In this document: one piece after another, positions 18,371 through 28,700 of the stretch
Layout: every line of letters begins with the position of its first letter
How positions within the stretch are numbered: the stretch's first letter is position 1
DNA from: an uncultured Acidobacteriaceae bacterium
GTDB taxonomy: Bacteria > Acidobacteriota > Terriglobia > Terriglobales > Acidobacteriaceae
Reading direction: 5' to 3'
Length of the DNA stretch: 64,000 nt
NCBI GenBank assembly: GCA_963766975.1
Contig: CAVYCF010000012.1
Location: 32,859-96,858, forward strand
The notes under the pieces: generated by a model
The model's database searches: none
What the model saw: only the letters and a program-made list of their open reading frames with translations
What the model was told of the DNA's origin: nothing
Position numbers and translations under genes: made by a program

Positions 18371-18637
18371 TTACATGACCAGAGCGAGTTTTTCCAGCTC
18401 TTCCTGCATGCACTTCAGCGAGCAGCCGACGGACTCAATGCGCGAGGCGGCGCCGCGAGCTGCGGTGGAGGAGACTCCGTAGCCGCGCAGGGTGAGGAAG
18501 GAGCCGATCAACTCGGCGGCCTGCCAGTGGTCCAGACCGGACTGCATCAGCTCTTCGCGCAGCGAGGAGAGATCGGAGGCGGAGAATTTCTCGATCGCGG
18601 AGGCAGGCGTTACGGCTGCGATATATTCCATGACCAT
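18371..18637 (-). CDS. Small hypothetical protein (~87 aa)
   Basis: AGGAGG ribosome-binding site immediately upstream of MVME; host-like codons. Confidence 0.65.
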   Translation of the reverse strand: MVMEYIAAVTPASAIEKFSASDLSSLREELMQSGLDHWQAAELIGSFLTLRGYGVSSTAARGAASRIESVGCSLKCMQEELEKLALVM

Positions 18638-18954
18638 CCTCCTGTTCACTGGCGCGGCTTCTGCTGTGGAACGCGTGAAGCGCGGCACCGGATTTCCCTT
18701 CCATGCCGGATCAGCTGCGCCGGCCGACTTGTTAGCGGATTAGACGCTAAGGGCCAGTTCAAGTTGCTAACAATTGTGCAGTCGGCCTGGGTTTGTGGCC
18801 ATCGGACTTTCGCGTCATGGAAGAATACGCAAAATGGTTATCGGCGGTTTCGCGAGATACGCGAATTGAGAGGAGAGATTGTTCCGGGGTGGGACGTGAC
18901 CGCGGTACTCGGAGGCCGAAGCGAGATATGGGCGCGCGGTAGGATGACAACAGG

Positions 18955-19902
18955 ATGAGCGAACAGGCACGAGTACTGGATGGGGTGAAGATCGCCGCGG
19001 AGATCAAGGCGGAGGTGGGCGCGAAGGTGCGCGCGCTGAAGGCCGCGGGCGTGACGCCGGGGCTGGCAGTGGTGCTGGTGGGGCATGTGGCGGCCAGCGA
19101 GATCTACGTGCGCAGCAAGGTGAAGGCGTGCGCCGAATTGGGAATCTACAGCGAGTCGCATACGCCGCCGGAATCTGCAACAACAGAAGAGCTACTCGCG
19201 CTGATCGCCGAGCTGAATGCGCGCGACAGCGTGGATGGGATTCTGGTGCAGCTTCCTCTGCCGGCGCACGTGGATACGCGGCGGGTGCTGGAGGCGGTGT
19301 CGCCGGCGAAGGATGTGGATGGCTTCCATCCGATTAATGCAGGGCTGTTGCAGGCGGGACGGCCGGGGCTGAAACCGTGCACGCCGGCAGGCGTGATGGA
19401 GATCCTGCGGCGCAGCAGTATTAAGGTAGAGGGCGCGCATGCGGTGGTACTGGGGCGCTCGGACATTGTAGGCAAGCCGATGGCGATGCTGCTGCTGAAC
19501 GCAAATGCTACGGTGACGGTGTGCCACAGCAAGACGGTGGACATCGCGCGCTATACGCGGGATGCGGACATTCTGGTGGCGGCGATCGGGCGGCCGGGGT
19601 TTGTGACGGCGGAGATGGTGAAGCCGTGGGCGACGCTGGTCGACGTGGGGATCAACCGGATTACGGATGCGGCCGAAGTGGCGCGGTTCTTTCCGGGCGA
19701 CGCGAAGCGGGCGAAGCAGTTTGAGGAACGCGGCTCGACGTTAGTGGGGGACATCGATCCGGCGGCATTTGCGGTGTCGGGTGCGTATACGCCGGTGCCG
19801 GGCGGCGTGGGCGCGCTGACGATTGCGATGCTGATGCACAACACGGTGCAGGCGGCGAAGGCGCGGCGCGGAAGTGGGGCCGTCGGCGTGGACAGGAATT
19901 AA
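18955..19902 (+). CDS. folD: Methylenetetrahydrofolate dehydrogenase/cyclohydrolase
   Basis: YVRSK, GILVQLPLP, KDVDGFHP, PCTPAG, GRSDIVGKP and TPVPGGVG. Confidence 0.97.
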   Translation: MSEQARVLDGVKIAAEIKAEVGAKVRALKAAGVTPGLAVVLVGHVAASEIYVRSKVKACAELGIYSESHTPPESATTEELLALIAELNARDSVDGILVQLPLPAHVDTRRVLEAVSPAKDVDGFHPINAGLLQAGRPGLKPCTPAGVMEILRRSSIKVEGAHAVVLGRSDIVGKPMAMLLLNANATVTVCHSKTVDIARYTRDADILVAAIGRPGFVTAEMVKPWATLVDVGINRITDAAEVARFFPGDAKRAKQFEERGSTLVGDIDPAAFAVSGAYTPVPGGVGALTIAMLMHNTVQAAKARRGSGAVGVDRN

Positions 19903-19907
19903 GAGCG

Positions 19908-20585
19908 ATGCTACGCGTGGGGTTGACGGGCGGGCTGGCCAGCGGCAAGACGACCGCGGCGCGGCGGTTCGCGGAGCTGGGCGCGCATGTGATCTCAGCC
20001 GACGAGGTGGGACGGGCGCTGATGCAGCCGTGCGAGCGCGTGTATGCGGAGATTGTGGCGAAGTTCGGGCCGGGGGTGGTGAAGGCGGATCAGACGCTGG
20101 ATCGTGCGGCGCTGGCGAAGATTGCGTTTGGCGAGGGGAGAATTGCCGAGCTGAATGCGATCGTGCATCCGGCGACGATTGCGCGGCAGGAGGAGATGAT
20201 CGCGGAGATTGCGCAGCGCGAGCCGGACGCAGTGGTGGTGGTAGAGTCGGCGCTGGTGTTCGAGACGAAGCATGGAGCAATGGGAAACAGCGGCGAAGAG
20301 GGTTGGCGGCGGCGGTTTGATTGGATCGTCCTGGTGCGTGCAAGGGAAGAAGAGCGGGTGGCGCGCTTTGTGGAGCGTGCGGATGACCGCGGCGTTCTGA
20401 GTGACGACAAGTTGCGTGAGCTGGAGGCGGAGGCGCGGCGGCGGATGGCGCAGCAGCTGGATGATGACTGGAAGGCAGCGCACAGCGATTTTGTGCTGAC
20501 GAATGACGGCTCGGTGGACGGGCTTCGCGCACAGGTGGATGCGCTGTGGCCGGAGCTGAACGAAGCGGCGAAGTCGGCCAGATAG
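19908..20585 (+). CDS. coaE: Dephospho-CoA kinase
   Basis: VGLTGGLASGKT, LDRAALA, LNAIVHP and RRMAQQ. Confidence 0.95.
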   Translation: MLRVGLTGGLASGKTTAARRFAELGAHVISADEVGRALMQPCERVYAEIVAKFGPGVVKADQTLDRAALAKIAFGEGRIAELNAIVHPATIARQEEMIAEIAQREPDAVVVVESALVFETKHGAMGNSGEEGWRRRFDWIVLVRAREEERVARFVERADDRGVLSDDKLRELEAEARRRMAQQLDDDWKAAHSDFVLTNDGSVDGLRAQVDALWPELNEAAKSAR

Positions 20586-20630
20586 CGAACGGAATCTCGG
20601 GTAGGCGCGTATCTTTAAGAACAACTAGTC

Positions 20631-20789
20631 ATGGAGCTTTCCGTTGAATTCGATAGAGAGCGGGACGGTCGATGGATCGCCGCTATACCTGAGCTGCCGG
20701 GTGTGATGGCTTACGGCGCGACGCGGGAGGAATGCCAAGAGGCAGTTGAAGCTCTGGCTGCCGGCGTTCTCGCGGAAAGAAAGGATTAA
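20631..20789 (+). CDS. Short HicB-like (UPF0150) antitoxin domain, 52 aa, absent from the ORF track
   Basis: Translated by hand: MELSVEFDRERDGRWIAAIPELPGVMAYGATREECQEAVEALAAGVLAERKD. Confidence 0.8.
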   Translation: MELSVEFDRERDGRWIAAIPELPGVMAYGATREECQEAVEALAAGVLAERKD

Positions 20790-20800
20790 TAACAAGCACG

Positions 20801-22015
20801 ATGAAACTGCGACCTGTGCTGCTGGTACTGCTGCTGTTGGGCGGCTTTTATTACGTCACAACGCACTTTTTTGCGACGGGGGCGCTGGCGCCGCTATTCG
20901 GGGCGCGCGCCGGTGCGGGCGCGCCTGTGGGCGCGATTGAGCAGATGGCGGGGCCGAACGGCTTTGACCTGACAGTGGCCTCGGCCGAGCCGGCCTTTGA
21001 CGCCGAAGAGCAGCAGAACATCGCGGTGTACAAGAAGGCGCTGCCCAGCGTGGTGAACATCACGTCCACGACGGTGGCGTATGACTTCTTCTACGGAGCG
21101 GTGCCGCAGCAGGGGCAGGGCTCGGGGTTCATCCTGACCAAGGAGGGGTTGATCCTGACCAACTACCACGTGATCCGAGGCAACGAGCACGGCAGCGTGG
21201 AGGTGAAGCTCTCCGACAAGAACAACACGTACAAGGGGCAGGTGCTGACGATCGATCCTGGCCACGACCTGGCGCTGTTGAAGATCGACGCGCCCAATCT
21301 GGTGCCGGCCACGCTGGCCGAGACGAGCTCCAACCTGGCGGTGGGGCAGCGGGTGTATGCCATCGGCAATCCGTTCGGGTTGAATGGGACGATGACGCGC
21401 GGCATTATCTCGGCGATCCGTTCGGTGCGCGGGCAGGAGTCAGTGCCGATCGACAATGCGATCCAGACGGACGCGTCGGTGAACCCGGGCAACTCGGGTG
21501 GGCCGCTGCTGAACTCGCGCGGCGAGGTGATTGGGATAACGACGATGATTGCGTCGAATGGAGCGGACCAGTCGTCGGGCATCGGGTTTGCGATTCCGAT
21601 CAACACGGCGAAGGCGGTGCTGGAGGATTATGCGAAGTACGGGCGGGTGCGACGGCCTTCGCTGGGCATTGAAACGCTGCCCATCGGCCCGGACACCGCC
21701 GAGCAGCTTGGCCTGCCTGCAGAGAGTGGGTTGCTTGTGCAGCGTGTGTTCCGAGGCGGCGCGGCGGAGAAGGCCGGTATCCATGGAGGCACGCAGCGCG
21801 CGTACGACGGCAACATGCCGGTGCTGCTGGGCGGCGACCTGATTGTGCAACTGGATGGACAGGACACTGAGGGCGGGCCGGACTTTGCCGCGGAGCTGAA
21901 CAAACACCGCGCAGGCGACACGGTGACGATCACAGCGTATCGCGGCAAGCGCAAGATGGACTTCAAGGTGACGCTGGACGATGCGAAGGACCAGCCGCAG
22001 GGGCCGCAGACTTAG
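20801..22015 (+). CDS. HtrA/DegP-like trypsin protease with one PDZ domain
   Basis: N-terminal membrane anchor; TNYHV, DLALLK and IQTDASVNPGNSGGPL catalytic triad; PDZ at the C-terminus. Confidence 0.95.
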   Translation: MKLRPVLLVLLLLGGFYYVTTHFFATGALAPLFGARAGAGAPVGAIEQMAGPNGFDLTVASAEPAFDAEEQQNIAVYKKALPSVVNITSTTVAYDFFYGAVPQQGQGSGFILTKEGLILTNYHVIRGNEHGSVEVKLSDKNNTYKGQVLTIDPGHDLALLKIDAPNLVPATLAETSSNLAVGQRVYAIGNPFGLNGTMTRGIISAIRSVRGQESVPIDNAIQTDASVNPGNSGGPLLNSRGEVIGITTMIASNGADQSSGIGFAIPINTAKAVLEDYAKYGRVRRPSLGIETLPIGPDTAEQLGLPAESGLLVQRVFRGGAAEKAGIHGGTQRAYDGNMPVLLGGDLIVQLDGQDTEGGPDFAAELNKHRAGDTVTITAYRGKRKMDFKVTLDDAKDQPQGPQT

Positions 22016-22061
22016 GCAAGGGACTAGTTGCTGGGGTTAGATACTAGGGGAAGGTCTGAGC

Positions 22062-23217
22062 GTGCGGCTTGGGCGGCGGTCGGCGATTGCGATCATTGCG
22101 TGTGCGACGGCAGTGGGGCTTTGCGCGCTCGCTTGGCCGGCGGCGAAGGCGCATGTGCAGGCGGTGTGCGTGCTGGACAGCGTCAGCGGCCAGAAGGCGC
22201 CGTGGTTTGCCCGCGTGGTGACGACGCAGGTTGAGGTCCAGGACGTGAGCTTTGCGATTGCGACGCCGGCGGGCGAGCGGACGGTGCGCGTGCGCATGTA
22301 TCAGCCGCAGGGTAAGCCGAATGCGCCGGCGATGGTGATCTTTCACGGCGTGCATCATCTGGGGATCGATGAGCCGCGGCTGATGGGGTTTGCGCGGGCG
22401 ATGGCGACGTGCGGCATCCGCGTGCTGACGCCGGAGCTGCCGGGCATCAAGGACTACCACGTGGATGAGGATTCGGTGGAGACGATTGGCGCGTCGGTAG
22501 GGTGGATGGCCGAGCGCACGGGCGGGCCGGTGGGTGTGATGGGATTGAGCTTTGCGGGGGGGCTGGCGCTCGTCGCAGCAGAAGACCCGCGGTATGCGCC
22601 GGGGTTCAAGTTTGTGTTTGCGGTGGGCGCGCAGGATTCGATGGCGCGCGTGACGGAGTACTACGAGACGGGGCGCGATGCGCGGCCCGACGGGACGGTG
22701 GAGACGCTCGCACCGCATGAGTATGGGCCGCTGGTGATCGAGTATGAGCACCTGGAGGACTTTGTGCCGGCGGAGGATGTCGCGCCAGTGCGCGCTGTGT
22801 TGCGAGCGCATCTGTATGAGGACAAGGCCGCGGAGTCGCAGGCGTCGCTTGCTTTGAACGAGTCGCAGAAGCGCGAGGCACTGTCGCTGATGGATGCGAC
22901 ATCGGCGGAGACGAAGGCGCGGATCGCGAGCGTGGTGGTGAAGTACGCGGCAGAGATGCGGGAGTTGTCGCCGGAGGCAAAGCTGGGCGGACTGAAGGTG
23001 CCGGTGTATCTGCTGCATGGCGCGGGCGACGACGTGATTCCGGCGGCGGAGACGCTGTGGATGGAGAGCGAGCTGCCGCGGGAGCGAACTGCGCGCGGCG
23101 CTGGTGAGCCCGGTGCTGTCGCATGTGAATCTGGATGGGGCATCACCAGGGGCCGGCGACAAGTGGCGGCTGATGCACCTCTTCGCGCAGGTGCTGGAGG
23201 CTGCAGAGCAAAACTAG
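22062..23217 (+). CDS. Exported alpha/beta hydrolase, frameshift at ~23085
   Basis: GLSFAGG nucleophile elbow and LLHGAGDDVIP. The corrected tail LRAALVSPVLSHV...LFAQVLEAAEQN ends at TAG 23215-23217. Confidence 0.8.
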
Positions 23218-23658
23218 TTATTTAATTTCTAGGGTGGAAATAGATATAGGCGCCCGCCAGACCCAGTGCAGCCAAAAAGATACCGTAACCGTAGTTCTTC
23301 CACCTCTCGCGCTGAACCAAGTTGTTGCAGCCTGGTTCCTGAGGATCGTACCAGAGCTGAAGTTTTTGGCCTTGAACGTGCGGCTTTATAGTGCAGATCC
23401 TCCCAGCGTAGTAACTACCTTTGACCGTGTAAGTGAAGACAACCCCGTAGGTTGTGATGCCCGGAACTGACTGCGTCACAACGCTCGTAACCGTCGCTTC
23501 ACCCTCTCTCCAGTTAGCACGCATCGTATGGGTCTCGTATGCTCACTATAGCTGGTACTCATAACTGACACTCAAGGACATACGGGCGGCGCAAAAGATG
23601 ACTGGCGGCTGTGGCGCATCTCTTCGCGCAGGTGCTGCAGGCGGCGGAGAGAAAGTAG
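23163..23658 (+). repeat. Diverged direct repeat of the hydrolase 3' end (23163-23217 and 23603-23658) flanking an inserted gene
   Basis: tggcggctg...ctcttcgcgcaggtgctg(g/c)aggc.gc.gag...tag is present in both copies. Confidence 0.8.
23222..23524 (-). CDS. DUF3592-like membrane protein
   Basis: W..GEATVT...VFTYTVKG..Y.G...G.KLQLWYDPQEP followed by a C-terminal TM helix; AT-richer than flanks. Confidence 0.75.
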   Translation of the reverse strand: MRANWREGEATVTSVVTQSVPGITTYGVVFTYTVKGSYYAGRICTIKPHVQGQKLQLWYDPQEPGCNNLVQRERWKNYGYGIFLAALGLAGAYIYFHPRN

Positions 23659-23686
23659 CTTCCGAGCGGGCTGCTGTGGGAGTCTA

Positions 23687-24724
23687 ATGTCTGCTATGAG
23701 GACGAGGCGGGCGAAGATCGGGATCGCAGCTCTCGGCGCGGCGTTGCTGCTGTGTGCGGGCGCGGCGCGGGCGCAGAAGAAGGGTAAGGGCGACGAGTCG
23801 GGGTATGACAGGTCGGCGAAGGCGACGATGGTGCATCCGGCGATTGTTTATATCGCGGCGGACGACAATTCGGGCCACGTGACGGAGGTGGGCACGGGGC
23901 ACGAGGTGGTGGTGATGGAGCGGAACGGCGACTGGGCGCGGGTGTTCGCGAATACGGACGCCGACGATGAGAAGTATGACTCCGACGACGCGCCGCAGTA
24001 CAGTGACGATTCGACGCCGCCGAAGTCGGGGTGGATCAAGAACAAGGGGATCGTGTCGCCGGTGACGCCGAACGGGGATGCGATTTTGTTTGGCATGGCG
24101 GTGAACGAGGAGGAGCTGGCCTCGGAACCCCACGCGCCGAAGGACGCGGCGGAGGCGGCGCATCTGTTGTACAAGCGCGCGGCGGCGTACTTTCCGGACT
24201 CGCCGCTGGCGCCGGAGGCGGCGTGGCGCGCGGCCGACATTCGCTGGCAGCTTGAGAAGGCGGACAACAGCACGCTGCCCTCGGCGAAGGAGCAGGAGGC
24301 GTATTTGCGGCCGCAGATCTATGAGGGCGACCTGAACAAGGTGATGAAGAACTATCCGGGAACCAAGCAGGCTACGCTGGCCGCGTGGGACCTGATGGAC
24401 AACAAGGTATGCGGCGACTGGCAGGGGCTGCCGAAGTGTCCGGAGATGGAGGCGGGGCTGTATGAGAAGTACGCCGACCGCTGGCCGGACTCGCCGAAGG
24501 CAGCGGAGGCTCTGTACAACGCGACGTATCGCGAGGGCGTGCTGGTGGAGATGTATCTGGTGCAGGAGGACAAGGGCCGCAGCCAGAAGGCGGCGGATGC
24601 GGTGCAGGGGCTGGCGGCGGAGATGAAGCAGCGCTATGCGGCGTCGGACTTTACCGCGCGGGCAGCGAGCATTGCTTATCGCGTGCAGCAGGGGATTCCC
24701 GTGTATGGGAACGATCGGGACTAG
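23687..24724 (+). CDS. Exported SH3-like + TPR (BamD/YfiO-like) protein
   Basis: Signal peptide; GHEVVVMERNGDWARV...SGWI; FPDSPLAPEA and WPDSPKAAEALY repeats. Confidence 0.7.
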   Translation: MSAMRTRRAKIGIAALGAALLLCAGAARAQKKGKGDESGYDRSAKATMVHPAIVYIAADDNSGHVTEVGTGHEVVVMERNGDWARVFANTDADDEKYDSDDAPQYSDDSTPPKSGWIKNKGIVSPVTPNGDAILFGMAVNEEELASEPHAPKDAAEAAHLLYKRAAAYFPDSPLAPEAAWRAADIRWQLEKADNSTLPSAKEQEAYLRPQIYEGDLNKVMKNYPGTKQATLAAWDLMDNKVCGDWQGLPKCPEMEAGLYEKYADRWPDSPKAAEALYNATYREGVLVEMYLVQEDKGRSQKAADAVQGLAAEMKQRYAASDFTARAASIAYRVQQGIPVYGNDRD

Positions 24725-24742
24725 TTACTTAGTGGCGCGGTC

Positions 24743-25156
24743 TTACGATTCAAGATGGAATGCGCCGTTGCTCCAGTCTTCGGGGGCGACGTCGGCGATG
24801 GTCTCGGTGAAGTCCCAGCGATGGCCGTGGAAGTCGCGGACGTTGTACTGGCGCTCGCCGTAGGGATGGTCGGTGGGCTCGGTGATGACGACGGCGCCGT
24901 TCTCTCGCGCGCGGTCGCAGTGGCCGATGGCGTCGTCGATACGGACCTGGACGGTCTGCGAGTCGTTGGGAATGGCGCTGCCTTCGGCGATGGCGAAGCA
25001 GCCGTTTCCAGCCTTCATCTGGATGCGGTGGTTGGCGATACGCAGACGGACGGTGAATCCGAAGGCCTTGCCCAGCCACTCGGCGGCCGCGCCGGGATCG
25101 GGATAGACGAGCACAGGGATGACCTGACAGGGCGGGGCGGAGCGGTTGGTTCGCAT
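24743..25156 (-). CDS. VOC/glyoxalase family protein
   Basis: VIPVLVYPD..AA.EWL..AFGF and PTDHPYGERQYNVRDFHGHRW. Confidence 0.9.
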   Translation of the reverse strand: MRTNRSAPPCQVIPVLVYPDPGAAAEWLGKAFGFTVRLRIANHRIQMKAGNGCFAIAEGSAIPNDSQTVQVRIDDAIGHCDRARENGAVVITEPTDHPYGERQYNVRDFHGHRWDFTETIADVAPEDWSNGAFHLES

Positions 25157-25746
25157 GGGGAGACTTTACAGGTTGCCGGACTTTGTTGTTTGCGCTGCCT
25201 CAGAATCCCTCCAGAACCCGGAAGCACACCGGGTACGCAGTGGGGCCCGCTGAGCGCGGCGGGGCGTTTTGGTGCATACTGGTGTTAACCGGGCTGCAAC
25301 AGGCCGGTTTCTGAATCGGCCCGCTTCCTTTGGCGCACAGGTGCCGGAACCGCGGGCACAAAGTTTAGAAGATTGTTTTAGAAGACTTTAGATAAAGGCC
25401 GGCCAGGCGAAGGATCGAATCCGTTGGCCGGACAGGTTTGACAAGGGAATGACTGCATTTGGACGGGAAACGGCCGCGCCCAGGGTTCCAACCCAGGCTG
25501 CCATGGTCACCGACTCCGAATTGCAGTGTCCGCTCGAAGCCTCCCCAGTGTCCCCGATCGCTTTTTTATTCAGGCAGATAGCGCCGCATATCTCTTCATT
25601 GGGCGCCTTCGGTGCGCGGGCTTCGAGCCTGCGCCTCTCGGTACACCTCAGCTTCCTGCCAACCCTCCTGTCCGCACCCACGGTGAGCGCAGCTTAGGCA
25701 AACGCTCCCGCTCGCTTCGTCCTGCCGGAAAGAAAGCAGGATTTGA

Positions 25747-28700
25747 ATGTCGAAGGAAATTTATATCTCCAGCACGCCGCATGAGACGCGGCTCGCCATC
25801 GTCGAAAACGAGGCTTTGGCGGAGATTTACTACGAGCGCGAGAACGAGTACACGCTCGCCGGCTCCATCTATAACGGGCGGGTGACGCGCGTACTGCCGG
25901 GCATGCAGTCGTCGTTTGTGGACATTGGCCTGGAGCGGGACGCGTTCCTCTACATCACAGACTTTCTGGAAGAGGCGCCTGACTCGGAAGAGTTCGATAC
26001 GGCGCCTGCGGCTGATCGCGCGAAGAATGCCGATGGTCGTGACCGTGGTGACCAGGGCGCTCGTGGTGACCGCGCAGGCCGTGGGCGTCGCGGTGGACGC
26101 GACCGCAACCGCAATGGCGGTGACCGCGCGGTTGGGCAGGGGCATGCCGCGCCGGAGGGCGGATCCAGCGAGGCATCGCATGATGAGGCGGCTGACGCGG
26201 AGTTTGCGCCTGTTGAGGGTGGGTCGGCCAACGTTGAAGGCCAGCCAAATGGTGGCGAAGGGACAGCCGAGGGCGGACGGAAGTGGCGTGGGCGGCGCGG
26301 TCGGCGGCGCGGCCGCGGCAATCGGACTGGACAGGAAGGCACGGGACAACCGCAGGAGGGTGGCACACAGGCTGCGCCGGAGGCAGCGGGCGAGGCTGAG
26401 GGAGATTTCGGCCCGGTCTCTGAAAACGTGGAATCGGATTCTGCGGAGTTCAACGCCTCGGCGGAGCCTTCGTTTGAAGAGATGGCGCGGCCTGATTTTC
26501 AGGCTGGGAATCGTGAGCCGCGCGGCGGCCGCGAGGGCCGACGTGATCGCAACCGGGGTCGCAGCGATGAAGGCCGCAGCCACACGGATGCGGGCCAGCA
26601 GGGCCGCGGAGATGAACCGCGCCGCGAGGGTTTCCGGGAGCAGGGACGCGAGTCGCACTCCGGGCAGGATTCGGGCCGCCGGTCTCCGCGTGGCTTTGAG
26701 CCTCGCCGTGAGCGGTATGGCGCAGGCGATGGGCCCTCCAGCAGCGGGTCGGGTACAGGTCCTGTTGGGGGCGCGTACGATGCGCCGCCGGCGGGCGACG
26801 CGATCCTGGTGCTGCCGGGTGAATCGCTGGCGCGGCATCGCAAGGGCGAAGAGCCGGGTGAATCGACGCCGGGAGCAAACGCAAGTTCTGCCGCAACCTC
26901 GAATGCGACGCCGCTGGCTCCGCCGGCAACGCTCTACACCCTGGCCGAAGGTTGGGACGGCGGCGCTGTGCTGCCGGGCGAGACCATCCGTCCGCGCGGG
27001 CCGCAATCCCGCGGCGCGGAACCGCGCAGCTTTGACCGCGGAGCAGGCTTTGATTCAGGCCGCGGCCCGCGGGGTGACCGCGATGGCGGTAGAAACCGCC
27101 GTGGCAATCGTGACGAACGTCCCCGCTCCGGTGAACGCAGCCCGCGTGCCGATGAATATGCCGCGGTGCACACTCCTGCGGTCCCGGAGGCCGAAGCGGC
27201 GCCAAAGACCGAGCCGCCGATGGACGATTTTGCCGGCGTGCAGGCGGCGACACCGCATGTCGAGACGGAGTATGAGCCGACCGAGGCCTCTGCATCGTAC
27301 CGCGTGGACCCGGTGCCGCCGAGCGAGTTCCGGCAGAGTGCGCCGGTGATCGAGGAAGAAGAGATGGAAGAGAGCGAGGCCGCGCACGATGTGACTTCGA
27401 TCTCTGCCGCAGGCGAGATGCACTCGGCGAGTGCGGAGGCGCTACCGGCGCAGCCTGCACACCAGGCTGAGTTGGAGGCCGCGGCCCAGACAGAGCCTGT
27501 CCGGCATGAGGGCGCGATCGTCTCGCAGTTCCAGGAAGAAGAAGCGGCCGCTGCGCCGACGCTGCACGCCTCCTCCATTGAGGAGATGGACGACCTGGAC
27601 GAGGAGACGCTGGAGGGCGCGGCCGACCTGGGCACCATGCTGCGCGAGATGTCCATCGACCAGATCACGCGATCGCAGCCCGATGTTGACGAAGACGAAG
27701 AGGACGACGACGACTTCGAGGAAGACCTGCTGGAAGAGGATGAGCTGGACGAGGAAGACGAAGAGGACGACGAGACCGAAGGCTTCGAGCATGCGGAGGG
27801 TGAGACTGCACCTGAGACCGAACTCTCCGATGCCTTCGAGCGCGAGGAGTCGAGCGAGGATTCGTTCGAGGTAATTGAAGGAGGGGCGGACTTTGCGGAA
27901 GGCGAGCAGGCGCAGGCCGAGGGGCACGCAGACAGTTCCAGCCCCAATCGCAATTCCGAGCGCCGCCCGCGCGACGTTGGCCGGGATTCTGAGCGCCGTC
28001 GCGGCAGGCGCGATGGCCGCCGCGGAGATCGTGACCGCGATCGTGACCGTGGCCGCGGACGCCCTGGGCATGGCGGCCGCAGCCGGGCGTCCGCACAGAC
28101 CACCAACCTTCCCGCGATCAGCGATCTGCTGAAGCCCGGGCAGGAGATTCTGGTGCAGATCGCCAAGGAGCCCATCGCCAAGAAGGGCGCGCGCATCACC
28201 TCGCACATTGCGCTCCCCGGGCGCTTCCTGGTGTTTATGCCGACGGTGAACCACACCGGCGTCTCGCGCAAGATCGAGTCCGACGGCGAGCGGCGCAGGC
28301 TGAAGGAGATTCTGCTGAGCGAGAAGGGCGACGCCTCCGGCGGCTTTATCGTGCGCACGGCGGCCGATGGCGCGAGCGAAGAGGAGCTGCGCAGCGACCT
28401 GCGCTTCCTGCTGAATTTGTGGAGCGATATTAAGGCGCGCAGCGAGGGCTCGAAGTCACCCGCGCTGATCTATCACGACCTGAACCTGGTCGAGCGGGTG
28501 CTGCGCGACCAGGTGACGGACAACTTCTCCGCCATCTGGGTCGACACGGAGTCCGAATACGAGCGTGTGCTGCGCTTTCTGCAGCGCTTCCAGCCGTCGC
28601 TGATCCGGCGGGTGAAGCTCTACCTCAAGGAGACGCCGCTGTTTGAGCAGTTCGGCATCACCGAGGAGATCAACAAGGCGCTGCGGTCGAAGGTATGGCT

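Noticed and set aside
18700-18954. ZTP or THF riboswitch upstream of folD
   Set aside because: The conserved core motifs could not be matched by eye.
23215-25156. Integron cassettes (DUF3592 and VOC genes following CTAGTTA)
   Set aside because: There is no integrase and no RYYYAAC...GTTRRRY attC hairpin; CTAG here is simply the preceding gene's stop codon.
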